Below, piece after piece: positions 52,646-64,000 of a stretch of DNA of 64,000 nt. Position 1 is the stretch's first letter; each line of letters opens with the position of its first letter. The position numbers were made by a program, and so were the translations under genes. Origin of the DNA: Vicugna vicugna (taxonomy: Eukaryota); the NCBI GenBank assembly GCA_013265495.1, contig MU057403.1, forward strand, positions 225,965 through 289,964. Reading direction: 5' to 3'. The notes below the pieces were generated by a model. The model saw only the letters and a list, made by a program, of their open reading frames with translations. It was not told the DNA's origin and did no database searches.

Positions 52646-54743
52646 AATCACTAGAAAGAATATCCTTTGCAACAATTTATAGTTTTGAGGGAACATTTTA
52701 GACAATTACTTAAAAATGGAAAAAAGATAAAAATGTTTGAAAACCACAGCGTCGTCCCATTCCCAGCAAGATTGCCCCATCTCCCCAACCTTTCCTAATA
52801 GATAATTCTAAAAGAACTGCTTTTTTTGACTAACAAGTTTAACTTTTTTTTTTTTTGAGCAGGTTAGACCCATTCTCAAAATGCAAGGGTCTATAAATAG
52901 ACTTTTCACAACAAAGGATAGTTTTATAAGAAATATAAACTCCCTTGATTCTTTATAGCTCAACTCCTGACTTCCACCTTTGCCTCTTTTCCTATTATAA
53001 AGATTATATATTTCCTTTAACCTAATAACTGTGAAAGGCTGGGTAACTGGATTAGCACCATTCTCTCACCAGCTGGTCATGATTCATGGCAATTCCGCTG
53101 ACTCAGTTTTGCAGCTGGTGTATCATGAAGGATCTTTTGGAAAATAAAGAATCTGCTCCTCACCAAGGAATCAAAGACTTTTCAGGGGCTTTCCTGCGTG
53201 TTAAAATAAGCCACAGAATTTCAAAACAGATGACTCCAATCATAAAGGTATCTCATAGTTTCTAGGTACAGTGAGAAATGTATCTGCTCACTAAAGGCAA
53301 TTGACAACAAGAAAAAAGGCAGCTTCATTTTAAAATTCCCTGGCTATATCTATGCCTATGTAGCAAATAGTCCCCCAAAGGAGCATTTAAAATGCTACTT
53401 TTTTTTACTATAACTCAATAAAATAAAATTTAAAAACTAACTAAATAAAATAAAATGCTACTTTTTAAATTGTGTTTAGTCTAACATAATTAATGTTTGT
53501 AATAGCATATTGTATGTTTCATTTCATTTTCCTGATCAATTTTGTAAGATATGAAATGGTTCTTCGGTAATGAAGTTCTTACTTGTAATAATGCACCTAG
53601 AGAACAGAAAGATTTTACTTACAAAGATTTGACTTTCAATTGTCTATCTAGAACCAAATTTGTATGATTGATGCTGTTTTAGAGGAGGTTCTAGTAAGCT
53701 CTAGGTAACAACATCACTGTGTCTCAATTTTCACACCAATAAAAAATTAAATTAATTCAAAATTAAATTATTCCTTCCAAAACACAGTGCTCAATTTATC
53801 ATTTTCTAGATCAACACTTCTATGTTTAGAGGTTTCTCACTGTTAACTATTTGGTTCTCATTCTCTTTTTTGTATTTGCTTTTAATTGTACGTCCATTAC
53901 TCACTTCTGCTACATTGCACAAATAACTAACTCTCCTCCTGAATCCATCAGCTTCATCTCTGCCTGATATTCATTCCTATTGTGGTATCTGCAAGTAGAA
54001 AAATTGGTTAAATTTTTAAGGTTTTTTTCCTCTTAAATTAATGACATCACTTCCCATTAAAGATATTATTGCTTTATCCTACTAAAATAACCAAACCAAG
54101 CCTAATCAAGTTTTATCACTACATGCTAAAAATAAGCATGACAAATCATTAACATCACTAACACACATCACTAACCCTATTTAATTGCTAGATTTGTTAT
54201 AAAGCCATGATAATCAGGATGGTATGGTAACTGGTATAAAGATGGACAAATAGATCAATGGAACAAAACAGACATTTCAGATACATATCCATACATATAT
54301 AGACAACTGATTTTTGACAAAGGTAAATAAATAATTCAGAGGAGAAAAGATAGGCTTTCAAGAAATGGTGCTGGAACACTTGGATATCTATAGGCAAAAA
54401 TATGAACTTTAATCTCTGTCTCACAGCATATAAAAAATGAACTCAAAACGGATTATTGACCTAAATGTAGAACTTTAAACTATTAACCTTCCACAAGAAA
54501 AATGGACAAAATCTTGTGTGACCTTGGGTTAGGCAAAGATCCTTAGATATGACACCAAAACCACAATCTCTCAAAGAAAAAAATTGGGAAAGAGAACTTC
54601 ATCAAAATTAAGACCTTCTGCTTTTTGAAAAATGCCATTAAGGAAAAAAAGCAACTCACAAACTGGGGGAAAAAATTGCCAATCACGTATCTGATAAAGG
54701 ACTTGTATCCAGAATATATAAAGTGCTCTCAAAACTTAATAAG

Positions 54744-54880
54744 GGGGGCAGGGTGCATGTAACTCAGCAGTAGAGTGTGTGCTTAGCATGTATGAGGTCC
54801 TGGGTTCAATCCCCAGTACCTATGTTAAAATAAATAAATAAATAAACCTAACTACCCCCCCCCCATTTTTTTAAATTAAA
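54744..54880 (+). mobile_element. Vic-1-like SINE with TSD
   Basis: TSD aaaactta(a/g)taag at 54731-54743 and 54881-54893. Confidence 0.9.
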
Positions 54881-55464
54881 AAAACTTAGTAAGAACAAAA
54901 TCACACCACTAAGGAAATGGGCAATTGGTTTGAACAGTCTCTAAAGCAAAGAAAATATGCAGTTGACAAGTAGGCACACAAGCAGCAGCTCAGCATCATT
55001 AGTCATTAGGGAAATGAAAATTAAAACCACAGTGAGATAGCACAACACATCGATTAGAATACATAAAATTTCAAAGACTGACCATACCAAGTGTTGGCCA
55101 GGAGGCAGAGCAACTGAAACTCTCCTACAGTGCTGGTGGGCGTTTAAATGGTATAACTCCTTTGGAAAACATTAGGGCAGTTTTTTAAAATGTTAGACAT
55201 CTACCAACCATGTGACCCAGTCATTTCACCCCTAAGAATTTACCTAAGAAAAATGAGAGCATAGCTCCATGTAAAGACTTGTCAACAAATGTTCATGGAT
55301 GCTTTATTTGCAACTGGGAAAAACACAATGTGTAAATACAAGTGGATAAACAAATTATGTGGTGAGTAGATAAACAAATGGGATATCCACACAATAGAGT
55401 ATTTCTCAGCAATCAAAGAAAGTGAATTATTGATACACAGCACAACATGGTTGGATCTCCAACT

Positions 55465-55632
55465 CAGGACCAGCTACATAATTCGTGGAACACAGAGCAA
55501 AATGAAAATATGGGTTCTCTTGTTCATATATTATTAAGAATTTCAAAAGAGTGATAGCAAGTGACATTAAACCAAGTGCCAGGCCCTTTTAAGCACAGGA
55601 TCCCATGGGACTGCACCATGAAGCTGGACCTG
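55465..55632 (-). mobile_element. MER45A-like hAT-Tip100 element
   Basis: TIRs caggaccagct / agctggacctg; internal sequence matches recalled MER45A. Confidence 0.75.
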
Positions 55633-56297
55633 CTCAAGATAGTATCCTGAGTGAAATAAGCCAGACAAAAGGAGTACAAAATGTATGATTTCATTTATAT
55701 AAAATTATTGAAAACCCACACTAATCTATAGTGATGGACAGCTGATCTGTGGTTGCTTGGGGACAATGTTGGGTGAACGGGGTGAGCACAGAGAAGCTCT
55801 TTGGGATAATGTATATTTCACTATATTGAGTGTGGTGAAGGCTTCACAGATGTTACAGATGTCAAAGCTTATTAAATTGTATACTTTAAATACATGCACA
55901 TTACTGTATGTCAATTATACCTCAAGACAGCTATTAAAATTGCAAAACATTAATTGGTCTTTGAGAAGGATTTTTTATTAAATATAGTTCATGATCTCTG
56001 ATGTGCAATTCTCCCCCCATTGACAAAATGCACACAAGAGTGAGTTAAATAAAAGCCAAGACAATACATAATTAAATGCTAAAATGAGTGACACATTATC
56101 AGTACAAAGGAACTGGGGAAAAAGGAGGATCCAATATGAGTTGAAAGGATCAGGGAAAGCCACTTGAAAGAACTGGTATTCAGTGTAGACTTGCAGAGTG
56201 AATGAAATTTGTACAAACAAGAAAGAAGGAAAAATATCAGTTTCGGTAGAGTGGAAAGAATGGAGGTTTGGATTCACAGTTATCCAGATCAGTTAAA

Positions 56298-56565
56298 AAT
56301 TTTTTTTTATTGAAGTATAGTTGATTTACAATGTTGTGTTAGTTTCTGGTATATAGCATAGTGATTTAGTTATACATATATATGTTCTTTTTCATTATAG
56401 GTTATTACAAGCTATTGAATAGAGTTCCCTGTGCTCTACAGTAGGACTTACTTGTTCATCTATCCTGTGTATAGTAGTTTGTATCTACTAATCCCAAATG
56501 CCCAATTTACCTCCCCCACCCCACTTTCCCCTTTGGCAAACACAAGTTTTTCTATGCCTGTGAGT
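56298..56565 (-). mobile_element. Younger 5'-truncated L1 3' end (artiodactyl-type)
   Basis: ttttattgaagtatagttgatttacaatgttgtgttagtttctggt; flanking direct repeat cagatcag at 56285 and 56566. Confidence 0.8.
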
Positions 56566-58128
56566 CAGATCAGCTTATGGACAGTGAATAGTCCTGCCTG
56601 GTTAACTCACACAATTTTGGGGGCAGTTACTTAATAAGAGATAACGTTCAATTGGCATCCCTAGGTTCAGGTTATTATCCTAGAGAGCTCTGAAGGCAAG
56701 CCTAGTAATTTTTATCCTAAAGACAAGGACTAATCTGTAGACTGATAAAAGATGTTTGGAGAAGTTGAACAAAATTATCCATAAAGTGCTATTCCAAACC
56801 TTCTTTGCTTTCAGGACACCTTCCTTAAATTCCTACTTTCAACTTTCTTTTTTCTGCCTCACAGTATCTCCATCTCCATTTCCTTTATTCCTGTCTGAGA
56901 AGTAAGCGTCTTTTCTTTCTTTGAAACCAAATTCCTCCACTGATCTTAATTGCTCGCTCACCCAAAAACTTTTTTTTTTTTTAACTCTGCTGTGTCTTGA
57001 ACTGTCTCCTTATTAACTCCCCTTTCCATGCTGAAATGCTGAAGCTGACCACCGATCTGGCCTTTGTTCCTTCTTTCCTAGGCTACAACTGATCTCACTT
57101 TCTGCCATCTTCTTGTGCCAATCTATTCAATACACAGCTGCCAAATTAATCTTTGGGGAAAAAAAAATTTTTTAATAGGATTTTCCTTCTCTCAAGTTCA
57201 GAAATTCACTACTGTCTTTAGATACAGGCTGGTTCTCAGCACATTTCTATTCTCTTTCTTCTGATACTTTTAACACTTAAACTGCAAGATTCGCTTTTCC
57301 TCAAACTTCTTTGTTTTCCTGCCCCCAGGTTGACAGTGAGCCCTCTCAGCCTGAAATAGCCTCTTGTCATCTGTCTATTGGAATCACTCATTCTTTAAGC
57401 ATTCAAAAGTGATTTCTTGCATGAAGCCTTTTTGGAGCCCCCCTAACAAGTTATTCCCATAGTGCTTTGTGATTCACTTTTCAAATTTCTTTTACTCGGC
57501 AGCTGATGATGGAATGTGGGCTTTGGTGTCAGACAGAACTTCAAAAATCTCTATTTCTTAGCTTATGACCTTGGGCAATTTTCTTAATCAATCCAGACTT
57601 CAATTACCTTGTTTGAGAATGGAGATAATAATACCTGTTTGTAAAGATTGTTGCGTGGATTAAATCAGTGGAAGTGCCTGGAGTATGAAAGGTGGCATGA
57701 TTCAAACACTATCTTAGAATACATTTATCTGAAGGATTTTTTCATCTATTAAAAAGCACTTTTTAGTAGTGCTTTTATGAGGACAAACCCCACTGTTCAT
57801 TCATTTTGGTACCACCTATCTGTACATAATATATAGTAAATTAAAGGACAGTTTTAGAAGTCTGTTGACATGTTATTTATTTTATAGGATAAACTTTTTC
57901 TCTTTAAAATGTTATATTCAACTTTCTAAAAAAAAATACCCAGTGTGAAAATGAGCTACATCTCATGTGATATATTCAATGTTTTAAAGAATCATTGGAA
58001 GAGAAACTCTTAACTGCAACATACAAACCCATTCTGCCACAAAATTTGGGTTTTATGCTAAACATGTAAATATTGTAAATTTTACACTTAAAATATTTAT
58101 TATTTATGATACTTTAAAATCAATTCTA

Positions 58129-58228
58129 GGGGGAAGGTTATATAGTTCAGTGGTAGAATGTGTGCTTAGCATGCACGAGATCCTGGGTTCAATCTCCAGT
58201 GCCTCCATTAAAAATATATAAACCTAAA
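58129..58228 (+). mobile_element. Vic-1-like SINE
   Basis: tagttcagtggtagaatgtgtgcttagcatgcacgagatcctgggttcaatctccag. Confidence 0.85.
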
Positions 58229-58639
58229 TGTTTAACCAGTTTTTCTCATTTGTTTTACTTTGCCAGTTTTTAATCTGGTTTTTGAGGGCCTAACTTATCC
58301 TGTACACACAGGGTTTTTTTTAAGCAAAGCTTTTCAGCCTTTGACTCACCCAGTGTTTTTCTCAAGAATAACTGGAAAAATATTTCCCACTGATTTAGAT
58401 GTATAGTAAGGCACGTTAGTCTAGGGTGAGTTCTTGTCCTCTCTCCATTGAATGTATGACTATTGTAATACTGTGTCTTAAATAATTTAGTATTATTTTG
58501 AGAAACACAAACTAGTATACCCTTAATTATTGGTGAAATAATAAATCTCTTAGCTTAAAAAAATTAATTAAATAAATAAAGCTAATTACACTCCCCCAAG
58601 ACAATAGCAATAAAAACCAACAAAGAAATAAAATCAACT

Positions 58640-60590
58640 CTAAGTAATAACTTCTATGCATAAAATGCATCTGCTTTGTATTTTTAGGATGATGAGTTTT
58701 GACAAACATGTATACCTGTGTGACACCACAATCAGCAAAGAGAACAGTTACATTACTCCAAAAAGATACCTGTGTCTATGTGCACTCGTCTTCACACATA
58801 TCCCCAGCACCAGCCAACAACTTTTCTGTTTTTTTTAATCACTGTAGAGTAGATTTCTCTTTTCTAGTCTCATATAAATGTCATCATATACTGTCATCTT
58901 TTCTGTCTGCTTTTGCTCAGCATAGAGTTTATGAGATTCATTCATGTTGTGTGTACAGTAGTTTGTTCCTTTTCAATGCTGAGTCATAATCCCATCATAT
59001 GAATATTCTACAATTCATTTATCCGTTCATATGTTGATGGACCCATAGATTATTTTCAGTTTGGGGTTTCTCTAAATAAAACTGCTATGAACACTGGTGT
59101 CCGAGTCTTTGCGTGGACCTGTTTTCATTCTCTTGGTTAAATACCTAGGAATGCAATTGCTGGGTCATATGTGTATGTTGATCTTTTTAAGAAATTGACA
59201 ATTTTTGTTTTCAAAGTAGTATTCTCTTTTGCCATGTATGAGAATGCCAATTGCTCCACATCCTTGCCAACATTTTAAAATATTAGATGTAGTGATAGCT
59301 CATTGGGGGGTTAATTTTCATTTCCCTAATGACTAGTGAGATGAGCATCTTCACATGTGCTATCGTTTTCATGTCTTCTTTATGACGTGTCAGTTCAAAC
59401 TTTTTGCTCATTTAAAAAAAGGCTTATTGTATTATTTAGTTATAACTGATTATGTATTCTGGGTACAAGTTCCTTGTCAGATACATGTATTGTGAATATT
59501 TTCACTTTTTTAATGATATCTTTGGGATAACAGAAGTACTACATTTTGATGAAGTTCCATCTGTCTTTTCTTTTATGAGTAATGCCTTTTTTGGGTCCTG
59601 GTATCTAAGAAATCTGTACCTTCCCCAAGGTCACAAAGATTCTGCTCTTTTCTTCTAGAGGTTTTGGAGTTTTAGCTTTTATGCTTAGATCTATGATCTA
59701 TATCGAATTAATACTTGTCTATGGTGTAAGGTAAGGGTCAAGGTTCTTTTTTATTTTATTTCATGTGGATAGCACCTTTTGTTGAAAAGTCTTACCTTTT
59801 CATCTTTGTTGAAAATCAGTTACCATATGTATGGGGGGGCTGGACTCTATTCATTGATCTATGTATCTATCCTTATGCCTACCACACTGTCCTGAAAACT
59901 GTAGTTTTATACTAAGTCTTGAAAACAGATATGTATGTGCTCCAACTTGGTTCTTCCTATGCATTTCTGTATAAATTTTAGAGTTACCTTGTCAAATTAA
60001 CAAACATTCTGCTGACATCCGGGAAGAATTGACAGTTTAGTAATACTGAATCTTCCAATTCATGAATGTGAAATAGCTATTAAAGTCTTTGATTTCTCTC
60101 GACAGTGATTCAGTGTTCAGTGCACACGTCTTGCATGTTTTTGTCAAATGTATCCCTCTATATTTCATGTTTTTGGATGCTGATAAGCATTATATAGTTT
60201 TACTTTATTGATTTTATTTAGAAAGCTATTTTTATTTTTTAAATTTTTTATTGAAGTATAGTTGATTTACAATGTTGCATTAATTTCTGGTGTACAGCAT
60301 AGTGATTCAGTTATACATACTTATATATATTCCTTTTTACATTCTTTTTTTTTATAAGCCATTACAAGGTACTGAATATATATAGAGTTTTACTTTAAAT
60401 TTTAATTTCTGGTTGTTCTTTTCTAGACTGTATAAAAGGGCTGATTTTTGTTATATTGACCTTGTATCCTGCAACTAGTTCCAGTAGCTTTTTTGTGGAT
60501 CCCTTAGGCTTTTCTAACAACACAATGTTGTCACTTGCAAATAGTTTTACTTCTTTTTCAGTGAAAATGCCTTTTAAAATAGTAGCTCAT
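58640..60590 (-). mobile_element. L1 ORF2 and 3'UTR remnant, with a younger L1 3' end nested at 60208-60380
   Basis: taaatacctaggaatgcaattgctgggtcatat, ttgaccttgtatcctgcaac; nested copy has TSD tata(t/g)agttttacttta at 60191-60207 and 60381-60397. Confidence 0.85.
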
Positions 60591-61079
60591 AGTTTTCACC
60601 AAATTGGAACAATTTTCAATATTTCTTCCCCAGGCACACCTCAGACTCCTCCTCCCCTATAGGAACATCTTCCTCAAAATTATCTCAGTTCCTGGGATCA
60701 GGCTTGTAGTGCCGCCTGAGCCGGGTGCCCAGAGCCCAGATCAGGATCCAAGTGGACCAGGTCCGATTTTCTCCCATCTGGTGCCCTCCGAACCTCTCCT
60801 CCGCACGGCATGGGGATGACCCCCCCCCCCCCGCACCCAGAGGAGCCTCAGTGGTCTCAGGTCTTTGTGGTCCTCGGGTGGTGGCCCCTGCCTGGGGCCA
60901 AACTGAGGTTCCAGGAGGACAGCCTAACAAGCAGATTGCTTCCCTTGGGCTAAGCAGAAATTCCTTCACTAGATCAATGGAGATCCGAGTTGCCAGCATG
61001 GTGCCAACACACTGATTTGGGGGGGGGGGGTAAACTATTTCAGGCCTGTAAGTGGTTTACCGGGATAATTTCAATAGGT

Positions 61080-61225
61080 TTTAAAATTATTCCCATTGAG
61101 GAAACTGAGGCATAGAGAGATTTAGTTGCCCAAGTTCACACAGTAAGTCTAGTGGAGCCAGGAATTTGTGGTTTGAATTTCAGTAATTTGATTCCAGAGC
61201 CTGCCTTCTTAACTGTGTGCTTTAA
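61080..61225 (-). mobile_element. MIR SINE
   Basis: gaggaaactgaggcatagagagatttagttgcccaagttcacacag. Confidence 0.75.
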
Positions 61226-61559
61226 GGGGAAAGAGGAAAGAGCTGTTAGGAGAACGTAAGCGTATTTAGAGGAATTCAAAAAAAAAGAGAAAGAGATACA
61301 AAGTGGAGAACAGCGGAATACTAGTTTTCTGCAGGAAGGGTCTTTAGCCTTAAATCTGTAGATTGCTTCCATATGTTCAAACTTTTCTCCTTGGGTATCT
61401 TGTCATGGCTTATTTCCTGCAGCTTTCCTGTAACATCCAACATTCTGCGCTGGCTTGAAATCAATGCCCTTCCTTAGAACATTAGCTCCAGTGGCATCCA
61501 CGCAGGGATCTGGGGGGCAATCCTATTGTATCATTCCCCGTATATCTGCCCCACTAGCT

Positions 61560-62700
61560 GGAAAACGTGAAACAGGGTGGAGTGGGCGCTTCTTCCCCAG
61601 AAGCTCTTAAGAATGAGTCTTTGGCGGGAAGATCCCACCGCCTCTCGGCACATCTAGAGACAATGTTACAGAAGTCTGGGCGGGGCGGTGCCACGCCAAG
61701 CCCAGGTGCGTTTGGACTAAATGCACTAAGACGCCCGCTCCAAGACGTCCGGGGCGTCTTTAAGAGGAGGTTCCCCCAAGTAGCGAGGCGGATAGGTTTT
61801 CCCAGGGAGCGGAAAGGACACCGCCGCCTGGGGACCGTACCTAGGGGCTCGCGGGACCCCCGGGTCCCTGCGCGGGGCCTGGCGGCCGGGCCCCCGCGCG
61901 GCCCGCGCGCCCGAGGGCCGGGGGCGGGACCGAGCCCCCTGCGCGCGGCACATGGGGCGCCTGACGGAGGCGGAGGCAGCGGGCGGCGGCGCTTCTGCGG
62001 CGCGCTCGGCCGGGCCCCCTCCCGCTCCCCTGCCCCTCACTTTCACCTCGCCCGGCTGCGCGGCCACCATGGCGTCCAGCGAGGAGGACGGTACCAACGG
62101 CGGCGCCTCGGAGGCCGGCGAGGAGAGGGAGGCCACGGGCAAGAGGAGGCGCCTGGGCTTGTTGGCCACCACCTGGCTCATCCTCTACAACATCGCCATG
62201 ACCGCGGGGTACGTCCGCCCCGAAAGACCCTCCCCGCGCCCCTGCCCGCCGCACATTCCGTCCTCGGGGCGCCGGCTGGGCGGCTGAGCGCGCGGGGCTC
62301 AGGAGCGGGGGGCGGCGAGCGGGCCGGGCGGCTGGGGGGTCGCGGGGAGGGTCGCTGGCGGCCGCCGTGGGGGGAGGGGTGCGGCCGCCGCCGCCGCCGG
62401 GCTTGAATGGAGTGGGGCGGGGGAAGGGGGGCCGGGGCCCGGCGAGCCGGGCATTGCCTAATACGGTGCACGGCGTGGCGCGGCGGCCGCGGGGCGCGGG
62501 CCGGAGGTTAAGTATAGACCCGGGCAGGAATGCGGGGCCGACCCGCGGGGGAGGCGGCTCCGGCCCGGCCGCCCCGGACGCCGCTGCCCGCTGCTTCTGC
62601 TGCTGCTAAAGAAACGCGACGATCTCGCCACCCCGGAGCCCCTGTCCGGCCGTTGACCCAAACCCGCTTCTTCGGCCGCCCACCCTGGAGTGCATTTGCT
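61560..62700 (+). promoter_or_regulatory. HACD1: HACD1 CpG-island promoter and first exon
   Basis: Very high GC and CpG; GC boxes at about 61678-61688 and 61921-61929; no TATA seen. Confidence 0.88.
61952..62208 (+). CDS. HACD1: HACD1 (PTPLA, 3-hydroxyacyl-CoA dehydratase 1) coding exon 1, 257 nt; second in-frame ATG at 62069
   Basis: MGRLTEA...[20 protein letters not shown]...[22 protein letters not shown] matches the HACD1 N-terminus; donor GG|gtacgt; HACD1 is the known divergent neighbour of STAM. Confidence 0.95.
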
Positions 62701-63179
62701 TGTTAGTATCACCAAGTTGCTTTTTCTTTTTTCTTTCTTTAAGTAATGGTGCGCCCGAGAGCTTCTCACTTGGGACGATTTTCAAAACACCCTGCCATAT
62801 CAGAGCAAGGCACGGGTGTCCAGCATCTTGACGGCTCCATACTGATACCCTGTACTTTTGTTTCTGGCATTGGGTATGACTTCCAAGTTAAGGTTACATG
62901 ATGACTGTCGCTCTTTAAAGAGCTGTCGGAGTGACTTGTGTCAACCGCTTTCAGAACCTGCTGGGAAAATGCTCTATCGTTTCTAAATGGCATTGCCATT
63001 TAAAAAAAGTGATTTTCCCATTATTACATGAAGTGTTATTAACCTATACACGTGGGGAAAAGTTTAGTAGCTTATATTTTCCTATAAGGCCTCAAAGTTT
63101 AATTGACAAAGATTTAATAAATGATTTGACGCAGTACTGAATACCTACTATGTGCTTTGCCAAATACAGTTGATAAAAT

Positions 63180-63415
63180 CAGTATTTATTGAGGATTCAC
63201 TGCGTGCCAGGCATTATCCATTGCTTTAGATGAATTATGTCGTTTGGTCCTCTGCAATCCTGTGATCCGAGTGCATGATAATACATTGGATAGAATCGGA
63301 AACTGAGGCCCAAATAGGTTAAGTAATTTGCTCAAGTTCACACAACCAGCAAGTGTCAGACTTGGATTTCAGCCCAGACAGTCTGACTCCACAGCTGTGC
63401 GCCTTCTGCTTTCCA
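63180..63415 (-). mobile_element. MIR SINE in HACD1 intron 1
   Basis: ggaaactgaggcccaaataggttaagtaatttgctcaagttcacacaacc...cccagacagtctgactcca. Confidence 0.8.
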
Positions 63416-64000
63416 CTTTACTAAACTTTATCATCTTGAAAGAGAAAACTAATATGTTCAAAGCTACTGGAGAACAGTTGAGTACCCACTATGTGTTGCA
63501 GCTTTCAGATACCCTGGAGGCTGAAAAAGATGCCCTCTTCTCTGTGCTAGTCTCGTCCAGTTAATAAACACTTGGAGGATACCTGCCATTTATTAACGGG
63601 TCTGCTGGGCCTTTGCTTTCCAGGCCATTCTCTCTTTTGAAGACCAAGTTACCTTTTGAAAAATGAAAATCAACACATAACTCCAGTTCAAAGCCTTCTG
63701 TGACTCCCCATTACCTCCACGGTAGTGGACAGGATTTAGGCTGTCATTTCAGTGTCCTTTGCAGTACCTCCCTGATTCCCCTTTCCAGTGTTACTGCTTT
63801 TGAAATCTCCTGTAACTCACTGCGCCCTTCAGTGGACCGTGCAATCTTATTTTCATGGCTCTCTGCATCTCTGCTCAGGCTGTTCACTCTTTGGATAATA
63901 TCCCCCTTATTCCTCCCATGACTTCTAACCAAGCCACCTCTTTGAAATTTCTTGGGTCTCTTACCCAACCTGATGCAGAATTAAATGTTCTCTCCATTGT

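Larger units (their letters stand above)
54195..55945 (+). mobile_element. L1 ORF2 3' half and 3'UTR with nested SINE and MER45A
   Basis: caactgatttttgacaaagg, ctgataaaggacttgtatccagaatatat, 3' end tcaattatacctcaa. Confidence 0.85.

Noticed and set aside
61567..62769. 279-aa and other long ORFs over the HACD1 island
   Set aside because: GC-content artefacts rich in Arg/Gly/Pro/Ala; the real frame is 61952-62208, ending at a splice donor.
1..64000. CRISPR arrays, operons or other prokaryote-type systems
   Set aside because: The window is intron-exon structured mammalian DNA; I saw no regularly spaced repeat-spacer array or foreign coding block.

Overview
Mammalian genomic DNA, most likely a camelid, judged from six copies of a tRNA-Ala-derived SINE resembling Vic-1. 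It holds two head-to-head genes. STAM (ESCRT-0 subunit) is on the minus strand: coding exons 1-13 run from the ATG at 48475 down to 3029, all introns are GT-AG, 1382 nt of CDS are in frame, and the last exon is off the left edge. HACD1/PTPLA is on the plus strand, with only coding exon 1 (61952-62208) present. Each gene has a CpG-island promoter and the ATGs are about 13.5 kb apart. The rest is intron or intergenic DNA rich in L1, L2, MIR, DNA-transposon and LTR remnants. I cannot establish a new biological system from this sequence. The best unexplained leads are: a sharp GC/CpG spike on STAM exon 13 with amino-acid drift toward GC-rich codons; a candidate 57-nt stop-containing cassette exon in STAM intron 12; a MEF2/E-box/AP-1 cluster upstream of the muscle-expressed HACD1; and TCF/LEF and DR1 motif clusters in STAM intron 2. 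Human comparisons and repeat-family names come from memory, not from a search.
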